Positions 29,923 to 39,903 of a stretch of 64,000 bases of DNA are shown piece by piece. The translations under genes and the position numbers were made by a program. Below the pieces are notes generated by a model that was given only the letters and a program-made list of their open reading frames with translations, had not been told where the DNA came from and ran no database searches. This DNA comes from an uncultured Tissierellaceae bacterium (lineage in GTDB: Bacteria; Bacillota; Clostridia; Tissierellales; Tissierellaceae). Numbering within the stretch: position 1 is the stretch's first letter; each line of letters starts with the position of its first letter. The stretch lies in contig CAYPYI010000001.1 in NCBI GenBank assembly GCA_964415085.1, positions 35,757 through 99,756 on the forward strand. Direction: 5' to 3'.

Positions 29923-31050
29923 TTAATTTGAAAATGCATCTTTTACTTTCTCAAAAAAACCTTTCTTATGCTTCTTATACACTTCACCAGATTCTTCTGA
30001 AAATTCTAATAATAACTCTTCTTGTCTATCAGTTAATTCTTTTGGAGTAAATACATTTACCGTAAAATATAAGTCTCCTCTTCCCACTCCTCTTAAATTA
30101 GGAACACCATGTCCTTTTAATTTAAATGTAGTTCCTGTTTGCGTCCCTCTAGGTAATGTATACTTTTCTATACCTTCTAAAGTAGGTACTTCAATCTCTG
30201 CTCCTAAGGCAACTTCTGTAAATGAAACTGGAATATCAAGGTATAAGTTTGTTCCACGTCTTATGAAGTTAGCATCTTCAATTATATTTATATAGACGTA
30301 TAAATCTCCATGTTCTCCACCTTTATATCCTGCCTCTCCTTCGCCTCTTATAGATATTATTGAACCATTATCTACACCTGCTGGAATCTTAACTCTTAAT
30401 TTCTTAGACTTTATTTCTCTTCCGCTTCCATTGCAGTTTTCACATTTATCCTCAATTTCCTCACCACTACCATTACAATTTTCACAAGTCACAACTCTTA
30501 CAAATTGTCCTAAATTAGTGTTTTGTACACGTCTTACTTCACCAGACCCATTACAAACTGGACAAGTTTTAACTTCACTTCCTGGTTTGGCACCTGTTCC
30601 ATCACATGTAGTACAATTTTCTTCTTTTCTTACTGTTATCTCTTTTTCTGTACCAAATATAGCTTCTTCAAATTCTATAGTTAAATCATATCTTAAATCA
30701 CTACCACGTTCAGGACCATTATAAGGCTTATTACTTCCTGAAAACCCACCAAATCCTCCAAAGATATCACCAAAAATATCACTAAAGATATCTTCAAATC
30801 CTCCAAACCCTGCTCCTTGAGCCTGTGGATCTACTCCTGCGTGTCCATATCTATCATATCTACTTCTCATCTCTTCATTGCTTAGAATCTCATATGCTGC
30901 TGTTGCTTCTTTAAATTGTTGTTCCGCTTCTTCTTTATTATCTGGATTTAAATCAGGATGATATTGTTTAGCTTTTTTTCTATACGCTCTTTTAATTTCA
31001 TCTTGAGTAGCATTTTCATCTACACCTAATATCTCATAAAAATCTCTCAA
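29923..31050 (-). CDS. dnaJ: Molecular chaperone DnaJ
   Basis: J domain with YHPDLNP, a G/F-rich linker and four CxxCxGxG zinc-finger repeats. Confidence 0.97.
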   Translation of the reverse strand: MRDFYEILGVDENATQDEIKRAYRKKAKQYHPDLNPDNKEEAEQQFKEATAAYEILSNEEMRSRYDRYGHAGVDPQAQGAGFGGFEDIFSDIFGDIFGGFGGFSGSNKPYNGPERGSDLRYDLTIEFEEAIFGTEKEITVRKEENCTTCDGTGAKPGSEVKTCPVCNGSGEVRRVQNTNLGQFVRVVTCENCNGSGEEIEDKCENCNGSGREIKSKKLRVKIPAGVDNGSIISIRGEGEAGYKGGEHGDLYVYINIIEDANFIRRGTNLYLDIPVSFTEVALGAEIEVPTLEGIEKYTLPRGTQTGTTFKLKGHGVPNLRGVGRGDLYFTVNVFTPKELTDRQEELLLEFSEESGEVYKKHKKGFFEKVKDAFSN

Positions 31051-31086
31051 AGATCTACACCTACCTTATCTTATTTTACAAAATTA

Positions 31087-31108
31087 AAGCTAAATCCTAG
31101 GATTTAGC
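31087..31108 (-). other. Palindromic stem-loop in the dnaK-dnaJ spacer
   Basis: AGCTAAATCCTAGGATTTAGCT is a perfect palindrome. It could be a partial terminator or an mRNA processing/stability element. Confidence 0.4.
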
Positions 31109-31134
31109 TTTAATAACATATTATATTATTCTAA

Positions 31135-32943
31135 CTACTCTTCGTCAACTACTTCATAGTCTCCATCAACTACATCATCATCTTGGGATGATGCTTCTTC
31201 ACCTTCTGGTGCTTGTTGATATAACTTTTCACTTAGTTTATGGAACTGTTCAGTTAAAGCTTCTGTTTTAGTTTTTATATCTTCTATATCATCTGACTCT
31301 AAAGCTGTTTTTAATTCTTGAAGTTTAGCTTCTACTTCTGTTTTTTCATCATCAGAGATTTTACCTTCTAATTCTGATAATGTTTTTTCAGTTTGATATG
31401 CTAATGAGTCACCTTGGTTTCTGATTTCAATAGCTTCTTTTTTCTTTTTATCTTCTTCTGCAAATTTTTCTGCTTCTTCTACTTTTTTATCTATTTCATC
31501 ATCTGATAAATTACTTGATGCTGTAATTGTTATTTTTTGTTCTTTTCCTGTACCTAAATCTTTCGCACTTACATTAACTATACCATCAGCATCTATATCA
31601 AATGTTACTTCAATTTGTGGTACTCCTCTTGGAGCTGATGGAATTCCTGTTAATTGGAATCTACCTAGTGTAGTATTATCTTGTGCCATTTCTCTTTCAC
31701 CTTGAATTACGTGAATATCTACAGCTGTTTGATTATCTGCTGCTGTACTGAAAATTTGAGATTTTTTAGTTGGTATTGTTGTATTTCTTTCTATTAATTT
31801 AGTTGCAACTCCACCTAATGTTTCTATTCCTAATGATAATGGAGTAACGTCTAATAATAAAACATCTTTAACTTCTCCACTTAAAACTCCACCTTGAACT
31901 GCTGCACCTAAAGCTATAGATTCATCTGGGTTTATATCTTTTTGTGGATCTTTACCAATTAATTTTTTAACTGCATCTTGAACTGCTGGTATTCTTGTTG
32001 AACCACCAACTAATATAACTTTTTCAACTTCATTTGGTTGTAATCCAGCATCTTTTAAAGCTAATTTAACAGGTTCTATAGTTTTATCAACTAGTGGTGA
32101 AACTAATTCTTCAAATTTAGCTCTTGTTATATCCATATTTAAATGAACTGGTCCTTGATCTGTTGCAGTTATAAATGGTAAGTTTATGTTTGTTGACATT
32201 GTGCTTGATAATTCTTTTTTAGCTTTTTCTGCTGCTTCTTTAAGTCTTTGTAAACTCATTTTATCAGCTTTTAAATCTACACCATTTTCTTTTTTGAATT
32301 CATCGTTTATATATTCAATTAAAGCATTATCAAAGTCATCTCCACCTAAATGGTTGTTTCCTCTTGTTGCTAATACTTCAAATACTCCATCTCCAAGTTC
32401 AAGTATTGAAACGTCAAAAGTACCTCCACCTAAGTCAAATACCATTATTTTATGTTGTCCTTCTTCTTTATCTAATCCATAAGCAAGTGCTGCTGCTGTT
32501 GGTTCATTTATTATTCTTTTTACATCTAAACCTGCTATTTTACCAGCATCTTTTGTAGCTTGTCTTTGAGCATCTGTAAAGTAAGCTGGCACAGTTATTA
32601 CTGCAGTAGTTACTTTTTCTCCTAAATAACTTTCAGCATCTTGTTTCAATTTTTGTAATATCATTGCTGATAATTCTTGTGGTGTATAATCTTTTCCATC
32701 AATATTTTTCTTATAGTCACTACCCATTTCTCTTTTTATTGATTGTATAGTTCTATCTGGGTTAGTAATCGCTTGTCTTTTTGCTGTTTCTCCTACTAAT
32801 CTTTCTCCATCTTTTGTAAAAGCTGCTACTGAAGGTGTAGTTCTATTTCCCTCTGCATTTGGGATTATAATTGGTTCTCCACCTTCCATTACTGCTACAG
32901 CTGAATTTGTTGTTCCTAAGTCAATTCCTATAATTTTACTCAT
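31135..32943 (-). CDS. dnaK: Molecular chaperone DnaK (Hsp70)
   Basis: [18 protein letters not shown] and the full Hsp70 architecture; 602 aa. Confidence 0.98.
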   Translation of the reverse strand: MSKIIGIDLGTTNSAVAVMEGGEPIIIPNAEGNRTTPSVAAFTKDGERLVGETAKRQAITNPDRTIQSIKREMGSDYKKNIDGKDYTPQELSAMILQKLKQDAESYLGEKVTTAVITVPAYFTDAQRQATKDAGKIAGLDVKRIINEPTAAALAYGLDKEEGQHKIMVFDLGGGTFDVSILELGDGVFEVLATRGNNHLGGDDFDNALIEYINDEFKKENGVDLKADKMSLQRLKEAAEKAKKELSSTMSTNINLPFITATDQGPVHLNMDITRAKFEELVSPLVDKTIEPVKLALKDAGLQPNEVEKVILVGGSTRIPAVQDAVKKLIGKDPQKDINPDESIALGAAVQGGVLSGEVKDVLLLDVTPLSLGIETLGGVATKLIERNTTIPTKKSQIFSTAADNQTAVDIHVIQGEREMAQDNTTLGRFQLTGIPSAPRGVPQIEVTFDIDADGIVNVSAKDLGTGKEQKITITASSNLSDDEIDKKVEEAEKFAEEDKKKKEAIEIRNQGDSLAYQTEKTLSELEGKISDDEKTEVEAKLQELKTALESDDIEDIKTKTEALTEQFHKLSEKLYQQAPEGEEASSQDDDVVDGDYEVVDEE

Positions 32944-32962
32944 TTCACATTCCTCCTATAAA

Positions 32963-33529
32963 TTACTTTGATACAATTACCATTGCTGGTCTAATTACTT
33001 TATCATTCAATAAATAGCCTTTTTGCATAATATTAATTACTACATCAGGTTGATACTTATCGCTTTCTTGCATTTGTACTGCATAATGATAGTTAGGGTC
33101 AAATTGTTCATGTAAACAATTAATCTCCTTAACACCATGTTTTTCTAAAACTTCAATAAGTTGCTTTTGAATCAATTCAATTCCTTCATAAAAGCTGTCT
33201 TTATCAGAGCCTTCATCTAACATCATTGCTCTTTCAAAATTATCAATCACAGGTAGTATATCTGTCACAATTGCTTCTTTTCCAAGAGATACTAAACCTG
33301 TTCTTTCTTTTTCACTTCTTCTTTTAAAGTTTGAAAAATCTGCTTGAAGCCTTAAAAATCTATTATTTGATTCTTCTAACTGTGATTTTAAATCTTCATT
33401 TCCTTCTGATTCCTCTTCACAAACTTCATCGTCTTGATCTTCAATTTCTTCCTGTTCAATCTTTTCATCATTTTCATTTTCATCTAATTCATCTTTAATT
33501 TCTTCATTGTTGCTTTCATTTTTACTCAC
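32963..33529 (-). CDS. grpE: Nucleotide exchange factor GrpE
   Basis: Acidic N-terminus, coiled coil and a conserved C-terminal GrpE domain (...GYLLNDKVIRPAMVIVS). Confidence 0.95.
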   Translation of the reverse strand: MSKNESNNEEIKDELDENENDEKIEQEEIEDQDDEVCEEESEGNEDLKSQLEESNNRFLRLQADFSNFKRRSEKERTGLVSLGKEAIVTDILPVIDNFERAMMLDEGSDKDSFYEGIELIQKQLIEVLEKHGVKEINCLHEQFDPNYHYAVQMQESDKYQPDVVINIMQKGYLLNDKVIRPAMVIVSK

Positions 33530-33546
33530 TGTATCACCTCTTATTT

Positions 33547-34590
33547 TTATCCATTTATCATAAGATCCATAACATGTGTTATATTGTTAGAGAACACCTT
33601 AATTGTTTTAATTAAATTTAAATAATCCATTCTAGTTGGACCAAGTAGCCCTATTTTACCTATTGTTTTTCCATCAATTTTATATGTTGCAGTAATTATA
33701 CTTATATCTTTAATTGGAGCATAAATATTTTCATTTCCTATTATTATATCTAAATCTTCTGATGTTGATGTTTTCATTAGAACATCCAATAACAGTTCTT
33801 TATCCTCCATAAAAGAAATAAATTCTTTAGCCTTATTAACATCTTTATACTCAGGAAAATTCAAAATATTTGTAACTCCTTCTGAATATAAATCTATACT
33901 TATTAAATCTTCTACTGCCTCTATTATTGGCGGAACTAAAAATTTTATAATATTATTTTGATTTTGTATGTTTATAATTGAATTATCTGTTAATATATTT
34001 ATAACTTCATCTATTTCTAAACCAGATATTTTAGAGTTTAGAAAATTTGATACTACATTTAAATCATCTGAAGATATGTTTAAACTTGATTTAACAATTG
34101 AATTTTTAACAACACCATTATTACAAATTAACAAAATCAATATACCTATATTATCTACAGGTACTAATTGTATTTTGTCTATCTTAATATCTCTCATTTT
34201 AGGTGAGGCAACTACAGATGTATAACTCGTTATAGAAGAGAGCATCTTTGCTGCATTTTCTATTAACTCATCTAATTCATTTGCTTCTTTTATTAAACTT
34301 TCCATAAACTTTTGATTTAAATTTATATCTTCATTACCTGAAGCTTTTAGCTTTAACAACTCATTTACATAAAGTCTATATCCCTTATCAGAAGGGACTC
34401 TTCCTGCTGATGAATGAGGTTTGCTTAAATATCCTAAATCCTCTAAATCAGACATTTCATTCCTAATTGTTGCTGAGCTTACGCCCAAATCATATTTTTT
34501 AGATATGGTTCTAGATCCTATAGGTTCAGCGCTATCTACATAGCTATTAATTATAGCATAAAGAACCTTTAATTTTCTATCATCCAACAC
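33547..34590 (-). CDS. hrcA: Heat-inducible transcription repressor HrcA
   Basis: LDDRKLKVLYAIINSYV...EPIGSRTISK...SSATIRNEMSDLEDLGYL. Start set at the GTG at 34590 behind SD GAGGTGA; the track's ATG at 34641 lies inside the CIRCE operator. Confidence 0.9.
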   Translation of the reverse strand: MLDDRKLKVLYAIINSYVDSAEPIGSRTISKKYDLGVSSATIRNEMSDLEDLGYLSKPHSSAGRVPSDKGYRLYVNELLKLKASGNEDINLNQKFMESLIKEANELDELIENAAKMLSSITSYTSVVASPKMRDIKIDKIQLVPVDNIGILILLICNNGVVKNSIVKSSLNISSDDLNVVSNFLNSKISGLEIDEVINILTDNSIINIQNQNNIIKFLVPPIIEAVEDLISIDLYSEGVTNILNFPEYKDVNKAKEFISFMEDKELLLDVLMKTSTSEDLDIIIGNENIYAPIKDISIITATYKIDGKTIGKIGLLGPTRMDYLNLIKTIKVFSNNITHVMDLMING

Positions 34591-34624
34591 GATAATCACC
34601 TCTATAGTCACGTTTCGGATGTAA

Positions 34625-34651
34625 TTAGCACTCGCGTTCATTGAGTGCTAA
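34625..34651 (-). promoter_or_regulatory. CIRCE operator (HrcA binding site)
   Basis: TTAGCACTC-GCGTTCATT-GAGTGCTAA is a perfect match to the consensus TTAGCACTC-N9-GAGTGCTAA. Confidence 0.96.
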
Positions 34652-34664
34652 ACCTTACATTTAT

Positions 34665-34693
34665 AATTTATCATTACTTTTGATGATTGTCAA
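34665..34693 (-). promoter_or_regulatory. SigA-type promoter of the hrcA-grpE-dnaK-dnaJ operon
   Basis: In the minus sense, TTGACA (34693-34688), N17 ending in TGa, then TAAATT (34670-34665). The CIRCE operator starts 14 nt downstream. Confidence 0.6.
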
Positions 34694-34701
34694 CCCTTTA
34701 T

Positions 34702-35844
34702 CTATAAAAGAAAATCCATTTCTACTAAATTAGCTAAATCTAGTCCCCTTTTAGTAAGTTTGATATTTTTTTCATCATCTATTAATAATCCATCATTAAT
34801 ATGTTTATTAATTACATCCTCATAGTAAAAATATATATCTTTATTAAATCTATTTTTAAATTCTAACTTATTAATTCCATCTATTAATCTACTACCAAAT
34901 ATACAGTATTCTTCTATCTCATCTTTTAATGTAGTTTCATTTACCTCTACTATAGGTAGTTTACCCAAATTAATCATTTTTATATATTCTTGTAAATTTT
35001 TTGTATTAGAAAATCTCTTTCCATCCAAATATGAATGACTTGATACCCCAAATCCTATATAAGGCATTATCTTCCAGTATGCAATATTATGATTGCATTT
35101 TTTATTTTTTTTAGAAAAATTCGAAATTTCATAATGAATATATCCATTTTCTTTAAGTCTATCAACTATATAGTGATACATCTTCCTGTCTATATCATCT
35201 TCTGGAAATTCAAACCTACCTTCCTCATACCACTTTTGCATAGGAGTATTTCCCTCTAGTATTAAAGAGTAATATGATACATGCTTTAAATCTAAAGATA
35301 GTATATTGTCTAAATCTACTTCTATATCTTCAAATGACTGATTAGGAAGGGCAAAAATTAAATCTATATTTATATTTTCTATTCCTTCATCTTTAAGGAT
35401 ATTATAACTTTTTAAGAAGTCTTCATATGAATGTATTCTTCCTATTTGTTTTAATATCTTATTATTTGTAGACTGAAGACCTAGACTAAATCTATTTATT
35501 CCTGCTTCTTTATATTCTTTCACCTTTAAATTATTTATACTTCCAGGATTAGCTTCTATTGTAATTTCAACTTCCTTATCTATACAAAAGTTATCCCTAA
35601 TATGGTTTAATATTTGGCTAATGTATCGACTATCAATTATAGAAGGAGTACCTCCACCTATAAAAATAGTTTTTACATTATATCTTTTTAGTTTATCTTT
35701 ATATAAATCAATTTCCATTATTAATTTTTCTATATAATCACTTATACACTCCTTTGTTTGGTTTGTATAAGATACAAAGTCACAGTAGTAGCATTTTTTT
35801 TCACAAAATGGAATGTGTATATATAAACTAATGTTTTCTTTCAT
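34702..35844 (-). CDS. hemW: Radical SAM haem chaperone HemW (HemN-like, YqeR family)
   Basis: PFCEKKCYYCDF radical SAM motif; 380 aa; lepA-hemW-hrcA synteny. Confidence 0.87.
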   Translation of the reverse strand: MKENISLYIHIPFCEKKCYYCDFVSYTNQTKECISDYIEKLIMEIDLYKDKLKRYNVKTIFIGGGTPSIIDSRYISQILNHIRDNFCIDKEVEITIEANPGSINNLKVKEYKEAGINRFSLGLQSTNNKILKQIGRIHSYEDFLKSYNILKDEGIENINIDLIFALPNQSFEDIEVDLDNILSLDLKHVSYYSLILEGNTPMQKWYEEGRFEFPEDDIDRKMYHYIVDRLKENGYIHYEISNFSKKNKKCNHNIAYWKIMPYIGFGVSSHSYLDGKRFSNTKNLQEYIKMINLGKLPIVEVNETTLKDEIEEYCIFGSRLIDGINKLEFKNRFNKDIYFYYEDVINKHINDGLLIDDEKNIKLTKRGLDLANLVEMDFLL

Positions 35845-35861
35845 AATATCTCCTTTTCTCT

Positions 35862-35888
35862 AAAAAAAATGCACACTAATGTGTGCAT
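35862..35888 (-). terminator. Intrinsic terminator after lepA
   Basis: The minus sense reads ATGCACAC-ATTA-GTGTGCAT followed by T8. Confidence 0.75.
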
Positions 35889-35892
35889 CTAA

Positions 35893-37704
35893 TTAATCTT
35901 CATCATACTTTAATACAGTTAAAAATGCTTCTTGAGGTACTTCTACAGATCCTATTTGTCTCATTTTCTTTTTACCCTCTTTTTGTTTTTCAAGAAGTTT
36001 TTTCTTTCTTGATATATCTCCACCATAACATTTGGCTGTTACATCTTTTCTTAAAGCTCTTATTGTTTCTCTAGCTATAATTTTACTTCCTATTGCCGCT
36101 TGTAAAGGTACTGAGAATTGGTGCGGAGGTATTACACCTTTTAATCTTTCAACTATACTTCTACCTCTTTCATAAGCTTTATCCTTATGAACTATTAATG
36201 AGAAAGCATCGACTACTTCTTCATTTATTAATATATCAAGTTTTACAAGATCGCTACGTTTATAACCTTTTAATTCATAATCAAATGAAGCATATCCTCT
36301 AGTCTTTGATTTTAATGCATCAAAGAAATCATATATAACCTCATTTAAAGGCATATCATAATGAAGTACTACCCTTGTTTCCTCTATATATTCCATATTT
36401 ATAAACTTACCTCTTTTATCTTGACAAAGTTCCATTATGGTACCTACATATTCAGATGGAGTCATTATATTAGCAGTAACTATTGGCTCTTCCATATATT
36501 CTACCTCTGCTAATGGTGGTAAATTTGATGGATTTTGAATTTCTAATTCTGTTCTATCTTTTTTATGAACCTTGTATATAACACTTGGTGATGTTGCTAT
36601 AATATTTAAATTAAACTCTCTATCTAAACGCTCTTGGATTATTTCCATGTGTAAAAGACCTAAAAATCCGCATCTAAAACCAAAACCTAATGCGACAGAT
36701 GACTCTGCCTCAAAAGTTAAAGCTGCATCATTTACTTTTAATTTTTCAAGTGCTTCCCTTACAGAGTTAAAATCTTCTCCTTCAGCAGGATATATACCAC
36801 AAAATACCATTGGTACTACTTCTTGATATCCTTCTAATGGCTCTGTCGTAGGGTTATTAACATCCGTAATAGTATCCCCAACTGTTGCTTCTTCAACATT
36901 TTTTATTGCTGCTGTTAAGAATCCTACATCCCCTGCTTTTAATTCATCTGTTACTAAGTGAGTAGAAGTATTTATTCCAACTTCAACTACTTCGAATTTC
37001 TTTCCTGTAGCCATCATTTTAATTTGCATACCTGGCTTCACTGTTCCTTCAACTACTCTTATATAACAAATTACTCCTTTATAACTATCATAATAGGAGT
37101 CAAAGATTAATGCTTTTAAAGGCGCACTACTATCTCCAACAGGTGCTGGAACTTTATTTACAATTGCTTCAAGAACATCTTCTATGTTTATACCTTCTTT
37201 TGCAGAAATTAATGGAGCATCAGAACAATCTATTCCTATTATATCTTCTACTTCCTGTTTAACTTCTTCAGGTCTTGCTCCTGGTAAGTCAATTTTATTT
37301 ATTACAGGTATAATCTCTAAGTCTTGATCCAATGCCAAATAAACATTTGCCAGGGTTTGTGCTTCTATTCCTTGAGCCGCATCTACAATTAATATTGCTC
37401 CTTCACATGCTGCAAGAGATCTAGACACTTCATATGTAAAATCCACATGACCTGGTGTATCGATTAGGTTTAAAGTATATTCTTCACCATCATTAGCATT
37501 GTAATTTAATCTTACAGCCTTTAATTTGATTGTAATTCCTCTTTCTTTTTCTAAATCCATATTATCTAAAACCTGAGATTCCATTTCTCTAGCTGTTAAC
37601 ATTCCTGTTTTTTCTATTAATCTATCTGCTAAAGTACTTTTTCCGTGATCAATATGGGCTATTATAGAAAAATTTCTAATATTTTCCTGATTAACCTTTT
37701 TCAT
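35893..37704 (-). CDS. lepA: Elongation factor 4
   Basis: [25 protein letters not shown] and NKIDL GTPase motifs. LepA C-terminal domain; 603 aa. Confidence 0.97.
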   Translation of the reverse strand: MKKVNQENIRNFSIIAHIDHGKSTLADRLIEKTGMLTAREMESQVLDNMDLEKERGITIKLKAVRLNYNANDGEEYTLNLIDTPGHVDFTYEVSRSLAACEGAILIVDAAQGIEAQTLANVYLALDQDLEIIPVINKIDLPGARPEEVKQEVEDIIGIDCSDAPLISAKEGINIEDVLEAIVNKVPAPVGDSSAPLKALIFDSYYDSYKGVICYIRVVEGTVKPGMQIKMMATGKKFEVVEVGINTSTHLVTDELKAGDVGFLTAAIKNVEEATVGDTITDVNNPTTEPLEGYQEVVPMVFCGIYPAEGEDFNSVREALEKLKVNDAALTFEAESSVALGFGFRCGFLGLLHMEIIQERLDREFNLNIIATSPSVIYKVHKKDRTELEIQNPSNLPPLAEVEYMEEPIVTANIMTPSEYVGTIMELCQDKRGKFINMEYIEETRVVLHYDMPLNEVIYDFFDALKSKTRGYASFDYELKGYKRSDLVKLDILINEEVVDAFSLIVHKDKAYERGRSIVERLKGVIPPHQFSVPLQAAIGSKIIARETIRALRKDVTAKCYGGDISRKKKLLEKQKEGKKKMRQIGSVEVPQEAFLTVLKYDED

Positions 37705-37798
37705 ATATTTATCATTTCCTCCTAATTAACTACTATATAACATCATGTTATTATATCAAAAAAACATCTTACTGTAAACAAAACACCATAATTGCTAC

Positions 37799-38365
37799 TT
37801 ATTTATTATTTATTTTTCCAAACCTATAATCAAGTGGATAATATCTGAAATTTACAATACCTTTTACAGAACTATTATGAATAGTACCAAAGTACCTACT
37901 ATCTTTACTTGCTCCTTCTCTTCTATTATCTCCTAATACAAAAAGTTCATTTTCCTTAACAATCCATTTACTCTCTCCATAAATACTAGTTTCTATACCT
38001 GGCTCTATATAGTCTTCATGTAAAATAGAACCATTTAAATAAACCTTTCCATTCTTTATTTCTACTATATCTCCTTCTATCCCTATAACTCTTTTTATAT
38101 AATCTTTTCGCATATGATCAGGCGCCTTAAATACTATAAGCTCTGATCTTTTTGGCTCTCTAAGATATAAAGGAACTCTTACTGAAAATAATCTATCATC
38201 CTCAAAGAGTGTTGGATACATGGAACTACCTGATACTAAGGTTGAGTTAAATATAAATGTTTTTATAAACAATGCAAGTATTATTGCAATAAATATACTT
38301 TTAATCCATTCCATTTTTTCATCTTCATCTCTTTTCATACTATTATTATCTTCTATATTATCCAT
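37799..38365 (-). CDS. lepB: Signal peptidase I
   Basis: TM anchor; SGSSMYPT (catalytic Ser box), KRVIG (Lys box) and GDNR box. The true start may be an internal Met. Confidence 0.87.
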   Translation of the reverse strand: MDNIEDNNSMKRDEDEKMEWIKSIFIAIILALFIKTFIFNSTLVSGSSMYPTLFEDDRLFSVRVPLYLREPKRSELIVFKAPDHMRKDYIKRVIGIEGDIVEIKNGKVYLNGSILHEDYIEPGIETSIYGESKWIVKENELFVLGDNRREGASKDSRYFGTIHNSSVKGIVNFRYYPLDYRFGKINNK

Positions 38366-38474
38366 TCTAACACCCCTTAGTGATATTATAACATTTAATA
38401 CTTTTATTTAAAGATATTATATATTCTAATCTACCTATACCCTAATATTCAAATAATTACAGAAATTTTTTTTC

Positions 38475-38503
38475 TTGCTTTTTTAGGCCTATCATGGTAA
38501 AAT
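38475..38503 (+). promoter_or_regulatory. Candidate SigA promoter of rpsT
   Basis: TTGCTT (38475-38480), N17 ending in TGg, then TAAAAT (38498-38503). Confidence 0.5.
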
Positions 38504-38535
38504 AAATTTTGTTATATTAATGGGAGGTGAAAGCA

Positions 38536-38799
38536 TTGGCTAATATCAAAGCTGCACAAAAAAACATTCGTACTAGTGAAAGAAGAAGACTAGAAAATAG
38601 AAAAAGAAAAACTGAAATAAAAACTCATGTTAGATATTTTAACGAAGCTATAGATAATGGAAACACTGAAGAAGCTCAAGAATTATTAAAGGTAATCGAC
38701 AGAAAAGTTAAAAAAGCTGTTCACCAAAATATCATACATCGTAACGCAGGCTCAAGAAAAATCAGCAGTCTAACAAAAAAATTAAACAACGCAATGTAA
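38536..38799 (+). CDS. rpsT: 30S ribosomal protein S20
   Basis: (M)ANIKAAQKNIRTSERRRLENR... Start set at the TTG at 38536, 8 nt after GGGAGG; the track's GTG at 38527 overlaps the SD. Confidence 0.9.
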   Translation: MANIKAAQKNIRTSERRRLENRKRKTEIKTHVRYFNEAIDNGNTEEAQELLKVIDRKVKKAVHQNIIHRNAGSRKISSLTKKLNNAM

Positions 38800-38801
38800 G
38801 T

Positions 38802-38829
38802 AAAAACTTCGGTTACCCGAAGTTTTTTT
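38802..38829. terminator. Bidirectional intrinsic terminator between rpsT and holA
   Basis: AAAAA-CTTCGG-TTAC-CCGAAG-TTTTTTT. Confidence 0.88.
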
Positions 38830-38839
38830 GTATTCATTA

Positions 38840-39871
38840 TTATCTTAAACTACATAATTTAACTATAAACATCTCCATTAAAAGCTTATCATTTGACTGA
38901 GTTGTCTTCATTTTAATATCCATAATCAATAATTCATTCATGATTAGTAGTAATCTATTGTTACTGAAATTTTTAGATTGATTCTTTATCTTGTTAAATT
39001 CAAAGCTACCTATTTTAAGCTTTTTCTGAATTAATGAAGGACTGTAACCTTTCTTCATATATAATTTATATCCATAAATTAATCTAATTTGTCTCGTAAT
39101 CATGAAAAATATTCTCTGAACAGGTTCATTAGACATATACATCTCATCAAATAAATTTAAGGCTCTATTTACATCAAGCCTTGTTATTGAATCCAAAAGT
39201 TCAAATATATTTGTATCTATAGGATCTATTAAAACTGCATCTATATCCTGTTTAGTTATTTCTATATTGCTAGCATAGTCAATAACTTTATTAAGTTCAT
39301 TTCTCAATTCATACAAACTAACATCTACATTCTTACTAGTATAAGAACTCTTTTGAGTAAAATAGTTTATATTTGACATTGTAATTTTTTTACCTGAATG
39401 AGATACTATTTTTTCTATCCACTTGTTTAAATTTGCTCCATATAACTTATCAAAATCAACATATGTATTCTTTTTATTAAAATATTTATAAATTTTCATA
39501 TTCTTTTTTAGTTGGTTCTCGGAATCTACTAAAATAAGTATTAAAAAATCTCCAGTATTATTTAAATATTCGTATAATTTATCTTGCTTTGTGTCTATAT
39601 TAGATATGAAAGCCGATATATTATTAACTACAACAAGTCTTTTCTCTGACATAAATGGTAATGTCTCACAAGTTGATATTAAGTCTTCTAAATCTATATC
39701 TTTTCCCTCTAATTTTGAATAATTCAGATCTAAAAAGGATGGATTTATATATTTATTTACTGTTTTTTTTACCAAATCTTCCATTAAATATTTTTCTTTT
39801 CCCATAAATAAATATGATCCTTGCATATTATTGCTACCAACTATTTTCGACATACTACTGTAATCCAACAA
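38840..39871 (-). CDS. holA: DNA polymerase III delta subunit
   Basis: 343 aa with YLFMGKEKYLMED at the N-terminus and a HolA-like fold pattern. yqeN position next to comEC. The start is ambiguous (TTG at 39871 or ATG at 39853). Confidence 0.8.
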   Translation of the reverse strand: MLDYSSMSKIVGSNNMQGSYLFMGKEKYLMEDLVKKTVNKYINPSFLDLNYSKLEGKDIDLEDLISTCETLPFMSEKRLVVVNNISAFISNIDTKQDKLYEYLNNTGDFLILILVDSENQLKKNMKIYKYFNKKNTYVDFDKLYGANLNKWIEKIVSHSGKKITMSNINYFTQKSSYTSKNVDVSLYELRNELNKVIDYASNIEITKQDIDAVLIDPIDTNIFELLDSITRLDVNRALNLFDEMYMSNEPVQRIFFMITRQIRLIYGYKLYMKKGYSPSLIQKKLKIGSFEFNKIKNQSKNFSNNRLLLIMNELLIMDIKMKTTQSNDKLLMEMFIVKLCSLR

Positions 39872-39903
39872 AATCCTCTCCCTTAGATATTTCTTATAAT
39901 ATA

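Noticed and set aside
34591-34641. ATG-initiated 17-aa extension of hrcA
   Set aside because: That ATG lies inside the CIRCE inverted repeat, which is an untranslated operator. The GTG at 34590 has a GAGGTGA SD and matches the usual HrcA N-terminus.
35883-36302. The small 60-110-aa ORFs in the track nested antisense in larger genes, for example 35883..36074, 36093..36302, 5830..6042, 13656..13859, 32186..32482 and 59952..60284
   Set aside because: All are embedded in strongly supported genes on the opposite strand, have low-complexity composition and lack SD sequences. They are treated as shadow ORFs.
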